NCBI GenBank assembly: GCA_039809245.1
Contig: JBDHUP010000002.1
Location: 75,188 to 139,187, forward strand
DNA: 64,000 bases
Direction of reading: 5' to 3'
Source: Minisyncoccia bacterium
GTDB lineage: Bacteria > Patescibacteriota > Minisyncoccia > Phycocordibacterales > UBA9973
This document shows, piece by piece, positions 1 to 9,730 of the stretch. Below the pieces are notes generated by a model. That model was not told the DNA's origin. It searched no databases and worked only from the letters and a program-made list of their open reading frames with translations. The number at the start of each line of letters is the position of its first letter. The first letter of the stretch is position 1. The position numbers and the translations under genes were made by a program.

Positions 1-526
1 TACACAGTACGAGTCTGTGTACCACCTGTATTGCCATAAGCACTAAGAGTATATGTACCTGAATTACTTGGGTAAGTAGTAACACTATTACTTAGGCTTG
101 AACTGTAGTAGCCATTTGGACCTGATACGTTCACTGAAGTACATCCGTATGTATTCCATACAAGGTTTACTGAGTTACCAGATGTTATATAAGCTGTAGT
201 AGAACCGTTAGCTGTGAAGTTTGAAATTGTACAGTTTGATTGAATATCATTTACATTTACATATACAGTACGAGTCTGTGTACCTGTATTACCAGTTGCA
301 GAAAGAGTATATGTACCTGAGTATGTTGGATAAGTATTAACACTATTACTTAGACTTGTGTTAGAGAAACCGTTAGGGCCTGATACATTTACTGAGGTAC
401 AGTCATTTGTATTCCAAGATAAATTTACAGAGTTTCCTGATTGAATAGTAGTAGAACTTGAACCGTTCGCTGTGAAGTTTGAAATTGTACAAGAACTTCC
501 ACCTCCACCTCCACCTCCATTAGTTC
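1..526. repeat. Tandem direct DNA repeat, period ~263 bp (units start at 1 and 264, ~80% identical), encoding the repeated Ig-like modules. A third unit probably continues beyond the window start
   Basis: 'acagtacgagtctgtgtacc' at 3-22 recurs at 267-286. '...gctgtgaagtttgaaattgtaca' also recurs. Confidence 0.7.
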
Positions 527-1076
527 CTACAGCAAATGAGAATATTACTGTTCCCCAGTCACCATCGCCGATAGTGCCAAGAGAAACTCCACTACCAAAC
601 GCTTCATAACCAGTTTGTCCGTTTGGAAGAGAGATGCCAGTATTTGAACCCATCTTAAACCATTTAGCTTGACCAAATGTTAATGTCTGAGAACTTGTTA
701 AATTAGCTGTAACCTGACTTAGATTTAATGTACCAGCACTAGAAGTAAGACTTCCTGAGAAGCTAAATGTAGTGCTAGGATTTGAAATCGACCCTGCAGG
801 TGACTGAGTTAGATGAATAACTGAATTATTCGCATTTGTATTGTTTGTATTATCATAATACACAGCGACATTTATAGTTTCACCCTGGTTGGCAGAAACA
901 CTTGTACGAGTCCAACAACCATTTGAACCATCTTGAATACCTACACCTGTAGTGTAGTTACCTATAGTTAGAGGTAGTGGACAGTCTCCTGGGAATGTAT
1001 TCCACCCAGAAGCAATCGCACTATTCCCTACGAAAAGCAGCGCAAGCGCTAAGAATCCGACTATTATTTTTTTCAT
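1..1076 (-). CDS. Secreted repeat protein (5' partial in window; start codon at 1074-1076). Signal peptide MKKIIVGFLALALLFVGNSAIA, poly-Gly linker, tandem ~88-aa Ig-like modules
   Basis: Manual translation of the minus strand gives an uninterrupted ORF to the window edge. N-terminal signal peptide. GGGGGGGSS linker encoded at ~500-525. Repeated motif CTISNFTANGS...CTSVNVSGPNG...TQTRTVYVNVN. Confidence 0.6.
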   Translation of the reverse strand, partial: MKKIIVGFLALALLFVGNSAIASGWNTFPGDCPLPLTIGNYTTGVGIQDGSNGCWTRTSVSANQGETINVAVYYDNTNNTNANNSVIHLTQSPAGSISNPSTTFSFSGSLTSSAGTLNLSQVTANLTSSQTLTFGQAKWFKMGSNTGISLPNGQTGYEAFGSGVSLGTIGDGDWGTVIFSFAVGTNGGGGGGGSSCTISNFTANGSSSTTIQSGNSVNLSWNTNDCTSVNVSGPNGFSNTSLSNSVNTYPTYSGTYTLSATGNTGTQTRTVYVNVNDIQSNCTISNFTANGSTTAYITSGNSVNLVWNTYGCTSVNVSGPNGYYSSSLSNSVTTYPSNSGTYTLSAYGNTGGTQTRTV

Positions 1077-1196
1077 ATAATTTTTCATTATAATTATTAA
1101 TTAAACTTACAATTTTAAACCTTCAACGTTTCGATCCGTTCAAGACTTAAAAAAGTAAGGAAGTATTGCAAGCAACACTTCGCTTACGTAATTTGC

Positions 1197-1955
1197 TCAA
1201 TAACCTCTGTATGGAGTTCCTCTTGGCATCGTGCGACGACCAGCTGGAATTCCTCCACCTCCTGGATTACCATTGGCAGGTATACCTTGGGGCATAGTGC
1301 GAATAGTTTGTTGAGGTGCGTAGTAAGGTTGCTGACGTCTTTGCATATTAGCATTAACATTAATCCTTACCATTACATAGGTTCTCCTTCGTTCATCATA
1401 AACCCTTCTATTTTCATAGACTGGTTCACAATTACAACTTGGGCCACCTTTGTAACTCCTTTCCTGTGGTTTCTCTTCTTCCTCTTCCACTTCTTTTTTG
1501 ACCTTAACGATCTCATAAGTAGTGTCGCGGATGACAACATTTGCATAAGTTACAGTTGGAACCACAGGTTTCTCCTGGATGATCTTAACCTGGTCTACGG
1601 GACGCAAGTATTCGATTTGATTACCACATACAGCTGCATAATAGTTTCCATTTTTGGTGTACACTTTTTCTCCTTTCGGAAAAATTATGTAGTTTTTATC
1701 ACCAGAATTATGTTCACTATCAATAAAGCGTACATAGTAATCTTTATCCAGAACGATAACTTCAACGCCCGGAGGATAACCTCCGTTATAAACCATTTTC
1801 GCTTCAGGTCTTGTTGACCAGAAAGCTCCTTTGGTTATGTTGTTGAAACCATCATAACGAACAGTTCCTAATACAACTTCGGTTTGAGCTTTTGTTTGGT
1901 TACAACCCAAAAGGGCTAGAACCAAAATTACAATGTACTTTGTTAACTTTTTCAT
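1197..1955 (-). CDS. Hypothetical lipoprotein (signal peptide + lipobox LLGC). Glu-rich linker and Gly/Pro/Arg-rich C-terminus
   Basis: ORF track. N-terminus MKKLTKYIVILVLALLGCNQ. Confidence 0.5.
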   Translation of the reverse strand: MKKLTKYIVILVLALLGCNQTKAQTEVVLGTVRYDGFNNITKGAFWSTRPEAKMVYNGGYPPGVEVIVLDKDYYVRFIDSEHNSGDKNYIIFPKGEKVYTKNGNYYAAVCGNQIEYLRPVDQVKIIQEKPVVPTVTYANVVIRDTTYEIVKVKKEVEEEEEKPQERSYKGGPSCNCEPVYENRRVYDERRRTYVMVRINVNANMQRRQQPYYAPQQTIRTMPQGIPANGNPGGGGIPAGRRTMPRGTPYRGY

Positions 1956-2129
1956 TTTGGGTTGTTTAAGTTTTTTCAGCGGTATTGCTGTATTTAATTC
2001 CTATAAAATAAGAAGCAAATACAGCAATACTGTAAAAACTAGAGAAAACCCATTTGCCTAAATGTTAGCATACTTTAATACAAATGTCAAGGGCACATAT
2101 ATAGGCCTAATAAGTTATAATAAGCTGGT

Positions 2130-3830
2130 ATGACTATACAATTTAACGAAGAAGAAGAGAGTAAAAACCTTGCTGATCTACGAAAACAAGAGGAGGAGGA
2201 CCTAGTGCAGATGCTAGCCCAATCTAAGTACGGAGTACCGGGAGTAAACCTTGCAAGTATGCCTATTGATAACGACGCTCTACGTACAATTACAGAAAAA
2301 GAAGCTCGAGAAGAACAAGTCGCTCCTTTTAAAATGCTTGGGAAAGATGTTCACATTGCTGTTCACTCCCCTCAAAAAGATAGACTAGAAAGAATGACTC
2401 AATACTACAATGAGCATGGTTATAACCCACACTTCTATATGGCTTCTATGGCAAGCTTAGAGAAAGCTTGGGAACGATACAAAGAAATATCTTATGCATC
2501 AGAATCAAAAGCCGGAAGTATCGGCGTTTCTGGTGAGACACTTAAGAAAATAATGGAAGGTATCAAAAATATCGAAGATATCAAAGCCGCCATTACAGAA
2601 ACAGAGAAAGATAAGTCACATACAACTTCACATATACTAGAAATTGCTCTTGCTGGAGCAATCGCTATTAATGCATCTGACCTACACTTCGAACCAGAGG
2701 AGAATACTGTTCGTCTGCGTTTTCGTCTTGATGGAATACTCCATACAGTGATGGAAATTCCTCCGAACATTCATAAATACATAAACTCTCGTATCAAACT
2801 CCTATCTGGTCTTAAAATTACCGCTCAATCTATCGCTCAAGATGGACGATTCAGTATATTCCTTGATAAAGATGAGATTAGTCTTCGTGTCTCTCTTATC
2901 CCTGGTGCTTATGGCGAATCTATAGTGATGCGTATCCTAAATCCGAAATCTATCCGAGTAAAGCTTGAAGATATGGGAATTGAGCCGAAACTCTTTGAGG
3001 TGTTCATGCGTGAGATCAGAAAGCCAAACGGGATGATCCTCCTTACAGGTCCGACTGGTTCCGGTAAGACAACAACTCTTTACTCATTCCTACAGAAAAT
3101 ATATTCAACTGAGATAAAGATTATTACTATCGAAGATCCTATCGAATACCATTTACCAGGCATCACTCAAACTCAAACTGAAAGTGAGAAAGGTTATACA
3201 TTCCTTGAAGGTTTACGTAGTGCACTTCGTCAGGACCCAGACGTAATCATGGTGGGAGAAATCCGCGACAGTGAGACGGCCAAGATTGCTGTTGAGTCAG
3301 CTCTTACTGGTCACTTGGTATTCTCTACACTCCACACGAACAATGCTGCTGGAGTTATCCCTCGCTTGATAGACCTTGAAGTTAATCCGAAAATTCTAGT
3401 ATCTGCACTTTCACTATCTATCGCTCAGCGTCTGGTTCGTAAACTTTGCGTTCACTGTAAGAAAGAAGAAACGATAACTGATGAAGAAATGCGAATAATT
3501 AAAAGTGTCGCTGAAAATGCGAAAGCTCATGGAAAAGATTTCAGTAATTATGGAGTAGATATGAGTGTACCTTTCAAGATATATGAAGCTGTCGGATGCC
3601 TAGAATGCAACAACACTGGATATAAAGGACGTATGGGAATCTTTGAAGCGATTCACAATGACGCTCACCTCGAAGCTCTAATTCCTCAAAATCCTAGTGA
3701 ACGTGAAATTAAAGAAGTCGCTCAGAATCAAGGATCCCTCGATATGCGTGAAGACGGAATAGTAAAAGTCCTCAAAGGTATCACATCTTACTCCGAAGTA
3801 GGTAGTGTCGTCGACTTCTACGAAGAATAA
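2130..3830 (+). CDS. pilB: Type IV pilus / type II secretion assembly ATPase (PilB/GspE/ComGA family)
   Basis: Walker A GPTGSGKTTT, Walker B/Asp box VIMVGEIRD, His box TLHTNNAAG, tetracysteine CVHC...CLEC, N-terminal GspE_N-like region. Confidence 0.85.
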   Translation: MTIQFNEEEESKNLADLRKQEEEDLVQMLAQSKYGVPGVNLASMPIDNDALRTITEKEAREEQVAPFKMLGKDVHIAVHSPQKDRLERMTQYYNEHGYNPHFYMASMASLEKAWERYKEISYASESKAGSIGVSGETLKKIMEGIKNIEDIKAAITETEKDKSHTTSHILEIALAGAIAINASDLHFEPEENTVRLRFRLDGILHTVMEIPPNIHKYINSRIKLLSGLKITAQSIAQDGRFSIFLDKDEISLRVSLIPGAYGESIVMRILNPKSIRVKLEDMGIEPKLFEVFMREIRKPNGMILLTGPTGSGKTTTLYSFLQKIYSTEIKIITIEDPIEYHLPGITQTQTESEKGYTFLEGLRSALRQDPDVIMVGEIRDSETAKIAVESALTGHLVFSTLHTNNAAGVIPRLIDLEVNPKILVSALSLSIAQRLVRKLCVHCKKEETITDEEMRIIKSVAENAKAHGKDFSNYGVDMSVPFKIYEAVGCLECNNTGYKGRMGIFEAIHNDAHLEALIPQNPSEREIKEVAQNQGSLDMREDGIVKVLKGITSYSEVGSVVDFYEE

Positions 3831-3831
3831 T

Positions 3832-3860
3832 AAAACCCCCGAATGAATCGGGGGTTTTAT
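3832..3860 (+). terminator. Rho-independent terminator after pilB
   Basis: aaaacccccgaatgaatcgggggttttatt: GC stem plus T-run. Confidence 0.7.
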
Positions 3861-4100
3861 TATTAGAAAGAAAAAAACATAAATCTCTAAACAATCCTTT
3901 GGGAACATGCGTAACCAAAGTAACAAATGATTACAGGATAGCCCCAGTAAATATAAATATAACCAGAACGTCCTATGCACACATATAGAGCACGGGGCCG
4001 ATTGCTTAGAGATTTATGTCCTCTTCACTAAAATGCTATAATTAAATGGTAAAAACACTTCGTATATTTCTGAACAAGAGTATAGCATAATAAAAAAGTA

Positions 4101-5090
4101 ATGTCAAGCCAAGAGCCTATAACAAAAGATGAGGGATTTCTAGACCAAACACTCCGTCCAAGTGTCTGGGATGACTACATTGGCCAGGAAAATATCAAGG
4201 CAAATCTGAAGATATTACTAACTGCAGCCGAAGAGCGCTCTCACCCAGCTGAACACATACTATTCTACGGTCCCCCAGGCCTCGGTAAGACAACTCTTGC
4301 TCATTTGATTGCCAAAGAGACACGCAGGCAGATTAAAATCACCTCAGGTCCAGCTATAGAAAAAGTTGGTGACCTTGCTTCTATACTCACAAACCTCACT
4401 CCGGGTGATATAGTCTTCATAGATGAGATACACAGACTGAATAAAATGGTAGAAGAAGTCCTCTACCCTGCTATGGAGAGTGGTGTACTTGATATTATTA
4501 TCGGTAAGGGCCCATCAGCGAGAACTATTCAATTAGAGCTTCCACCATTTACACTTATCGCTGCAACTACTCGTATAGCTCTTTTATCTTCCCCTCTCCG
4601 TTCACGTTTCTCTGGTGGAGTATTCCGACTTGAATTTTATAATCATGATGAAATAAAAAGGATCTTATCACGCTCAGCTACTATCCTTGGCGTAGAGTTA
4701 GGAGATGAAGCTCTAGATGAAATCGCAAAAAGAGCAAGATTTACCCCTCGTACTGCGAACTACTTCTTGAAAAGATGCCGTGATTATGCTCAAGTTCATA
4801 AAGTTCCATTATCAAAAGAAGCTGTGAAGAAAGCTCTGGCTTTGCTTGAGATAGATGAGCTTGGACTATCTGCATCGGACAGAAGAATACTTGAAATTAT
4901 AATTTCTAAATTCGACGGTGGCCCAGTCGGACTCAAAACTATCGCTGCAGCGACAAGCGAAGAAGAAGCTACCATCGAAGAAGTTATTGAGCCTTACTTA
5001 ATCCAACTTGGATTACTCGAGAGAACAGTAAGAGGAAGAACGGTTACAAAGAAAGGTTATGAGCATTTAGGATTTGATTACACTAAATAG
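4101..5090 (+). CDS. ruvB: Holliday junction branch migration ATPase RuvB
   Basis: GPPGLGKTTLA Walker A, DEIHRL sensor, conserved RuvB C-terminal winged helix. Confidence 0.9.
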   Translation: MSSQEPITKDEGFLDQTLRPSVWDDYIGQENIKANLKILLTAAEERSHPAEHILFYGPPGLGKTTLAHLIAKETRRQIKITSGPAIEKVGDLASILTNLTPGDIVFIDEIHRLNKMVEEVLYPAMESGVLDIIIGKGPSARTIQLELPPFTLIAATTRIALLSSPLRSRFSGGVFRLEFYNHDEIKRILSRSATILGVELGDEALDEIAKRARFTPRTANYFLKRCRDYAQVHKVPLSKEAVKKALALLEIDELGLSASDRRILEIIISKFDGGPVGLKTIAAATSEEEATIEEVIEPYLIQLGLLERTVRGRTVTKKGYEHLGFDYTK

Positions 5091-5091
5091 T

Positions 5092-5577
5092 ATGAAGATA
5101 CTTGCAATTGATCCAGGATTTGAAAGAGTTGGGATAGCTGTGCTTAAAAAAGAAAATGGTAGTAAAGATGAAGTTCTGTATTCTGCTTGTTTTAAGACGT
5201 CTGCGAAAATCCCATTCCACACGCGACTAACTGCTATAGGTAATGAAGTTGAAAAGGTAATTAAAAAGCACAAGCCAATAGCTCTCGCTATCGAGAAGCT
5301 CTACTTCACAACAAACCAGAAAACAGTAATGGGAGTATCTGAAGCCAGAGGAGTGATGATATATAGTGCATCAAGAAATGGATTAAAAATTTTCGAATAT
5401 ACCCCACCCCAAATAAAAGTAGCTGTCACAGGCTACGGTAAAGCTAGTAAGGATATGGTTATGAGTATGGTTCCTAAGCTTATAAAAATGAAAACGCCTT
5501 CTTATTCTGACGATGAATTAGATGCTATTGCTATTGGTATCACATGTCTTGCTTGTGAAAATAGTCTTTTAAAGTAA
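5092..5577 (+). CDS. ruvC: Crossover junction endodeoxyribonuclease RuvC
   Basis: MKILAIDPGFERVGIAV catalytic N-terminus. Start chosen at the ATG right after the ruvB stop rather than the track's 5074. Confidence 0.8.
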   Translation: MKILAIDPGFERVGIAVLKKENGSKDEVLYSACFKTSAKIPFHTRLTAIGNEVEKVIKKHKPIALAIEKLYFTTNQKTVMGVSEARGVMIYSASRNGLKIFEYTPPQIKVAVTGYGKASKDMVMSMVPKLIKMKTPSYSDDELDAIAIGITCLACENSLLK

Positions 5578-5694
5578 TATTAAATCTACAGTAATCCTAC
5601 TAAGATATCCACAGGCCAATCTCTATTGCAAAGAAAATTAGATTTTGATACAAATAATGCATTACAATTAGGAGGTTTAAAAATATAACAATAT

Positions 5695-5856
5695 ATGAGT
5701 TATAGTGAAGACGAAGAATTTAAGATCGATGACGTAGAAGACGAAGATGCAGATCTCGACTTAGATTCTAGCGACCCTCTTCTAGATGACGATCTACTTT
5801 CCGATGACGATGATGATATGGAAAGTTTCGCTGGAATAGATGGCGCAGAGTACTAA
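5695..5856 (+). CDS. Small (53 aa) hyper-acidic protein MSYSEDEEFKIDDVEDEDADLDLDSSDPLLDDDLLSDDDDDMESFAGIDGAEY
   Basis: Not in the ORF track (<60 aa). GGAGG at 5671-5675 upstream. Followed directly by an intrinsic terminator. Confidence 0.4.
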   Translation: MSYSEDEEFKIDDVEDEDADLDLDSSDPLLDDDLLSDDDDDMESFAGIDGAEY

Positions 5857-5859
5857 AAT

Positions 5860-5886
5860 AAAACCCCAAACGGGGTTTTATTTTAT
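5860..5886. terminator. Bidirectional intrinsic terminator (small acidic ORF on +, tyrS on -)
   Basis: aaaaccccaaacggggttttatttt. Confidence 0.65.
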
Positions 5887-7079
5887 TTAACCTCTATCTT
5901 TATAAATCTTTTTTTGCCTATTCTATAAGTACCATTCTCTGCCAAAGCTCCATGAGAAGAAATTTTTTCATTGTTATCTAAGTTCGTAATCGCATGTTCA
6001 TCTACCAATCTTCTAAACTCACTCTTAGAAGTGATAACTTTCTTCTTTAGTAATACGTCCACCAAGAATGTATTTTTTTCTACTTTAGCCTCTTCTACAT
6101 CTTTAGGAATTTCTTTGTTTTGGAATGTTGCTATAAAGTTTGCTTCGGCTTTCTCAGCAGATTTCTTACTGTGATACATAGTGACTAATTCTTTACCTAA
6201 GATTATTTTCAGATCTCGAGGGTTTACTTTTCCTGTAACCATATCGCGAGCATATCCTTCTATGGTATTCATAGGTGTATCAGTACAAAGTAAAAAGTAC
6301 TTTGTTATGAGTTCATCTTTTATAGACATAACTTTACCGAACATATCCTCTGGTGAATCAGTAAGTCCTATAATATTTCCCCAAGAAGAAGACATCTTTC
6401 GCCCATCTGTACCTTCGATCATAGAGACAGTCATTATATCTTGTTCTTTCTGACCATATCTCTTTTGAACAGTTCGTCCTGCTTTTAAATTGAAGAGCTG
6501 GTCAAACCCCCCAATCTCAACATCTGATTTAACCGCGACACTGTCATACCCCTGCAAAGCTGGATATAGAAACTCAACCATAAAAATATCGGTGCCCGCA
6601 TCAAGACGTTCCTTGAAATTCCTTCTCTTAGACATTTGCTGTACAGTAAAACATTCTAGAAGTTCTCCAATCTGTATAAAGTTCATTTTCTTTAACCACT
6701 TTGAGTTATAGTTAACCTCAACTTTTTTCATATCAAGGATTAAAGCGATCTGATCAATATACTTTTTAAGATTATTCTTTATATCTTTATCAGTTAGCAT
6801 TGGCCTTTTCTCAAGTTTGTCAGATGGGTCACCAATTTTTGCAGTATAGTCACCTATAATAAGAACAACTTTGTGCCCAAGATCTTGAAAAGCTTTTAAT
6901 TTACGAAGTGGAACAGCTCGACCTAGATGTATAAAAGGGCTTGTAGGGTCTATCCCGAACTTTATTCTTAATTTTTTACCGGAGTGAAGCTTCTCTCTTA
7001 GGTCTCTTTCTATGAAAATTTCTTCTACCCCTCTGGTTAGGAGCTCGTCTATCTTCTCTTTATCTGAAATCTTAGTCAT
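5883..7079 (-). CDS. tyrS: Tyrosyl-tRNA synthetase
   Basis: Class I HIGH-region GIDPTSPFIHLG, KMSKS-like KMSSS, C-terminal S4-like domain (RRLVDEH...RIGKKRFIKI). Confidence 0.7.
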   Translation of the reverse strand: MTKISDKEKIDELLTRGVEEIFIERDLREKLHSGKKLRIKFGIDPTSPFIHLGRAVPLRKLKAFQDLGHKVVLIIGDYTAKIGDPSDKLEKRPMLTDKDIKNNLKKYIDQIALILDMKKVEVNYNSKWLKKMNFIQIGELLECFTVQQMSKRRNFKERLDAGTDIFMVEFLYPALQGYDSVAVKSDVEIGGFDQLFNLKAGRTVQKRYGQKEQDIMTVSMIEGTDGRKMSSSWGNIIGLTDSPEDMFGKVMSIKDELITKYFLLCTDTPMNTIEGYARDMVTGKVNPRDLKIILGKELVTMYHSKKSAEKAEANFIATFQNKEIPKDVEEAKVEKNTFLVDVLLKKKVITSKSEFRRLVDEHAITNLDNNEKISSHGALAENGTYRIGKKRFIKIEVK

Positions 7080-7147
7080 AAAACTATATTATCATATAAA
7101 CAAGCCTTTGTCCGTATGAGCAATAAACTATGATATGATAATAATAT

Positions 7148-9721
7148 ATGGATCAAGTAAAGAAATATGGGAGGAAGTTTATAATAAAAACATTTAAATT
7201 TTTGAGGTTTATAAAGAGACAAGTAAAGAGAATATCGTTTAAAAACTGGACTTTTACGATAGTTGGTATAGGGATAGTATTATCAGGAGTCTTTTTGATA
7301 TGGGTAAGTACTTTACAGCTACCTGACTTTAAATCTTTTACCGAGCGTAAGGTTCAAAGCTCTACTAAGATATATGACCGAACTGGAAAAATCCTGTTGT
7401 ACGACGTCCATCAAGATATCAAACGTACGGTTATACCTTATGAAAGTATTGGAGTAAATATTAAGAATGCGACTGTAGCCATAGAAGACTCTAGTTTCTA
7501 CCAGCATAAAGGAATAAGAATTAGTTCTATTATCAGAGCAACTGTCTGGGCTAAACTAACAGGAAGAAAGATCCAGGGTGGTTCAACTATAACTCAACAA
7601 CTCATAAAAAACACTTTACTCACGCCAAAACGCTCTCTAAGTAGAAAAATAAAAGAATGGATTCTTTCAATAAAACTTGAAGGTGTAATGAGTAAAGAAG
7701 AAATCTTAACTTTATATTTAAATGAAGCTCCATATGGTGGAAATATTTATGGAATAGAAGAAGCATCTAAAGCTTTCTTTGGAAAAGAACCGCTTGATTT
7801 AACAATGGCTGAATCAGCCTACCTAGCAGCCATACCAAATGGTCCTACATACTACTCACCATATGGCAAGAATGTAGACAAATTAGAAGAAAGAAAAAAT
7901 CTTGTTTTAAAAAGAATGTTAGATATAAACTTTATTACACAGGATGATTACCAAAAAGCTCTTGCAGAGAAAGTGGTATTCCTCCCATCTCAACCAATGC
8001 ATATTGCTGCTCCACATTTCGTCTTCTTTATCAAAGATTATTTAGAAAGAAAGTATGGAGTAGAAGCTCTAGAAGCAGGAGGTTTAAAAGTGATTACAAC
8101 TCTTGATTACGACCTTCAAAAGAAAGCTGAAGAGATTGCAAACAAGAACGCATTAATAAATGAAAAGAGTTGGAATGGAAAAAATGCAGCTGTTGTTGTA
8201 ATCGATCCTAAAACAGGTCAAATTCTTTCAATGGTTGGTTCACGTGATTACTTTGATAAGACAATCGATGGAAACTTTAATGTCACTACCGCTTCTCGTC
8301 AGCCAGGATCTTCTTTCAAGCCTATTGTTTATGCTCTAGCTTTAAAAGAAGGATATACAGAGAAAACAACACTCTTTGATGTAAAAACAGAATTTAATTC
8401 ATCTTGTAGTCCTACAAGCACTCCACTACCTGGTCATAAAAATGCTGACTGTTACTCACCAGATAATTACGATAATAATTTCCGTGGTCCTATGAGCTTA
8501 AAAGAAGGATTGGCGCAATCTATTAACGTCATCGCAGTTAAACTACTATATTTAGTTGGTGTACCTGATGCAATAAAAATGGCTCATGATTTAGGTATTA
8601 CTACATTAAACGACCCTACTCGTTATGGTTTGTCTCTAGTAATCGGAGGTGGTGAAACAACTCTTTTAGACATGACCTCTGTTTATGGAGTATTTGCAGC
8701 TGAAGGAGTCCGTCATCCATACCAAAGTGTTCTTTCTGTAGAAGATAGTAGTGGGACAATCCTTGAACAATATGAAGATAAACCTTATCAAGTAATTGAC
8801 CCTAATATATCTAGAACATTATCAGACATATTGTCAGACAATGTCGCTAGAACTCCTACTTTTGGAGCTAACTCTCAGCTTGTAATACCAGGACATGAGG
8901 TAGCTGTAAAAACAGGTACTACAAACAATAACAAGGATGCCTGGACAATTGGTTACACCCCTTCTGTCGCTGTTGGTGTATGGGTTGGTAATAACGACAA
9001 CACTCCAATGAAAAAAGGTGGTGCAGCGCTTGCTGGTCCAATTTGGAATGGAGTTATGTCTGAAGCATTAAAGAATCTACCTACAGAATCTTTTAATAAA
9101 CCTGATAAAATAGACCCTTCTATACCACCGATACTTAGAGGCTTCTGGCAAGGAGGTGAAACGTTCACTATAGACACCGTCTCAGGTGGCCTTGCGACAG
9201 AGTACACACCAGATAATACAAAAAAGGAGATATCTATAACAAATGTACACAACATTTTGTATTGGATAGATAAAAATAATCCATTAGGAGAGCGTCCTAC
9301 AAATCCTGAAAAAGATCCTCAGTATACAAACTGGGAGTATGGCGTGAAGAAGTGGTGGAATGCTAACAGTAGTAGGTATCCATTTGTAACCGATTATAAT
9401 CGTCCTACCAACTATGACACAATACACACAGAAGGTTCTAAGCCTAGCTTTGAAATCTTTGGTTTAGACAGTATCCCTTATCCGAAAAATAAAGTTATTT
9501 CTTTTTCAATAACTCCAAAAAGTCAAAGTCCTCTTAAAAAAATAGATGTTTTTATTAACAACACCTATTTGACATCACTAAAAAACCCTCCTTTTAATGT
9601 TTCATTTACACCAAACAATATAAGTGATATTGAAAATGAAAATACTATACATTTAATAGGTTACGATAGTTTAGGTAATATTGGTGAGAAAACATTTTCA
9701 CTATCTGTTGAAGATAATTAA
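7148..9721 (+). CDS. mrcA: Class A penicillin-binding protein 1A (glycosyltransferase + transpeptidase) with C-terminal extension
   Basis: N-terminal TM. GT51 motifs EDSSFYQHKGI and RKITQQL. TP motifs SSFKP, SxN, KTGTT. Confidence 0.85.
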   Translation: MDQVKKYGRKFIIKTFKFLRFIKRQVKRISFKNWTFTIVGIGIVLSGVFLIWVSTLQLPDFKSFTERKVQSSTKIYDRTGKILLYDVHQDIKRTVIPYESIGVNIKNATVAIEDSSFYQHKGIRISSIIRATVWAKLTGRKIQGGSTITQQLIKNTLLTPKRSLSRKIKEWILSIKLEGVMSKEEILTLYLNEAPYGGNIYGIEEASKAFFGKEPLDLTMAESAYLAAIPNGPTYYSPYGKNVDKLEERKNLVLKRMLDINFITQDDYQKALAEKVVFLPSQPMHIAAPHFVFFIKDYLERKYGVEALEAGGLKVITTLDYDLQKKAEEIANKNALINEKSWNGKNAAVVVIDPKTGQILSMVGSRDYFDKTIDGNFNVTTASRQPGSSFKPIVYALALKEGYTEKTTLFDVKTEFNSSCSPTSTPLPGHKNADCYSPDNYDNNFRGPMSLKEGLAQSINVIAVKLLYLVGVPDAIKMAHDLGITTLNDPTRYGLSLVIGGGETTLLDMTSVYGVFAAEGVRHPYQSVLSVEDSSGTILEQYEDKPYQVIDPNISRTLSDILSDNVARTPTFGANSQLVIPGHEVAVKTGTTNNNKDAWTIGYTPSVAVGVWVGNNDNTPMKKGGAALAGPIWNGVMSEALKNLPTESFNKPDKIDPSIPPILRGFWQGGETFTIDTVSGGLATEYTPDNTKKEISITNVHNILYWIDKNNPLGERPTNPEKDPQYTNWEYGVKKWWNANSSRYPFVTDYNRPTNYDTIHTEGSKPSFEIFGLDSIPYPKNKVISFSITPKSQSPLKKIDVFINNTYLTSLKNPPFNVSFTPNNISDIENENTIHLIGYDSLGNIGEKTFSLSVEDN

Positions 9722-9730
9722 ATAATAAAA

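Noticed and set aside
495-530. GGTGGAGGTGGAGG... repeat
   Set aside because: It is the coding sequence for a poly-Gly linker inside the repeat protein, not a CRISPR or satellite array. No CRISPR arrays seen anywhere in the window.
1287-1817. 176-aa ORF antisense to the lipoprotein gene. The same applies to other antisense ORFs in the track: 2492-2770, 3678-3980, 5067-5273, 5971-6711, 7319-7507, 8953-9255, 10783-11145, 15585-15791, 16350-16967, 19305-20204, 21772-22528, 23137-23319, 25898-26383, 26767-28690, 29527-30262, 30848-31075, 32125-32403, 33991-34547, 34884-35740, 36467-36706, 37018-37995, 38246-38524, 38979-39200, 39545-39969, 43816-44016, 44578-44805, 46649-47457, 47602-47979, 50189-50943, 51176-51669, 52738-53636, 55794-56021, 56771-57896, 58647-58949, 60108-60293, 60996-61788, 62879-63151
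   Set aside because: All are fully nested in, or antisense to, longer ORFs with clear homology or coherent features. They have low-complexity or odd composition and no start context. Treated as spurious.
3861-4100. Putative promoter elements upstream of ruvB
   Set aside because: Spacing between the candidate -35 (ttcact) and -10 (tataat) is far too short. No convincing promoter.
5074-5091. Upstream extension of ruvC (MITLNS...) overlapping the ruvB stop
   Set aside because: The conserved RuvC N-terminus begins at MKILAIDPG (ATG 5092). The extension has no support.
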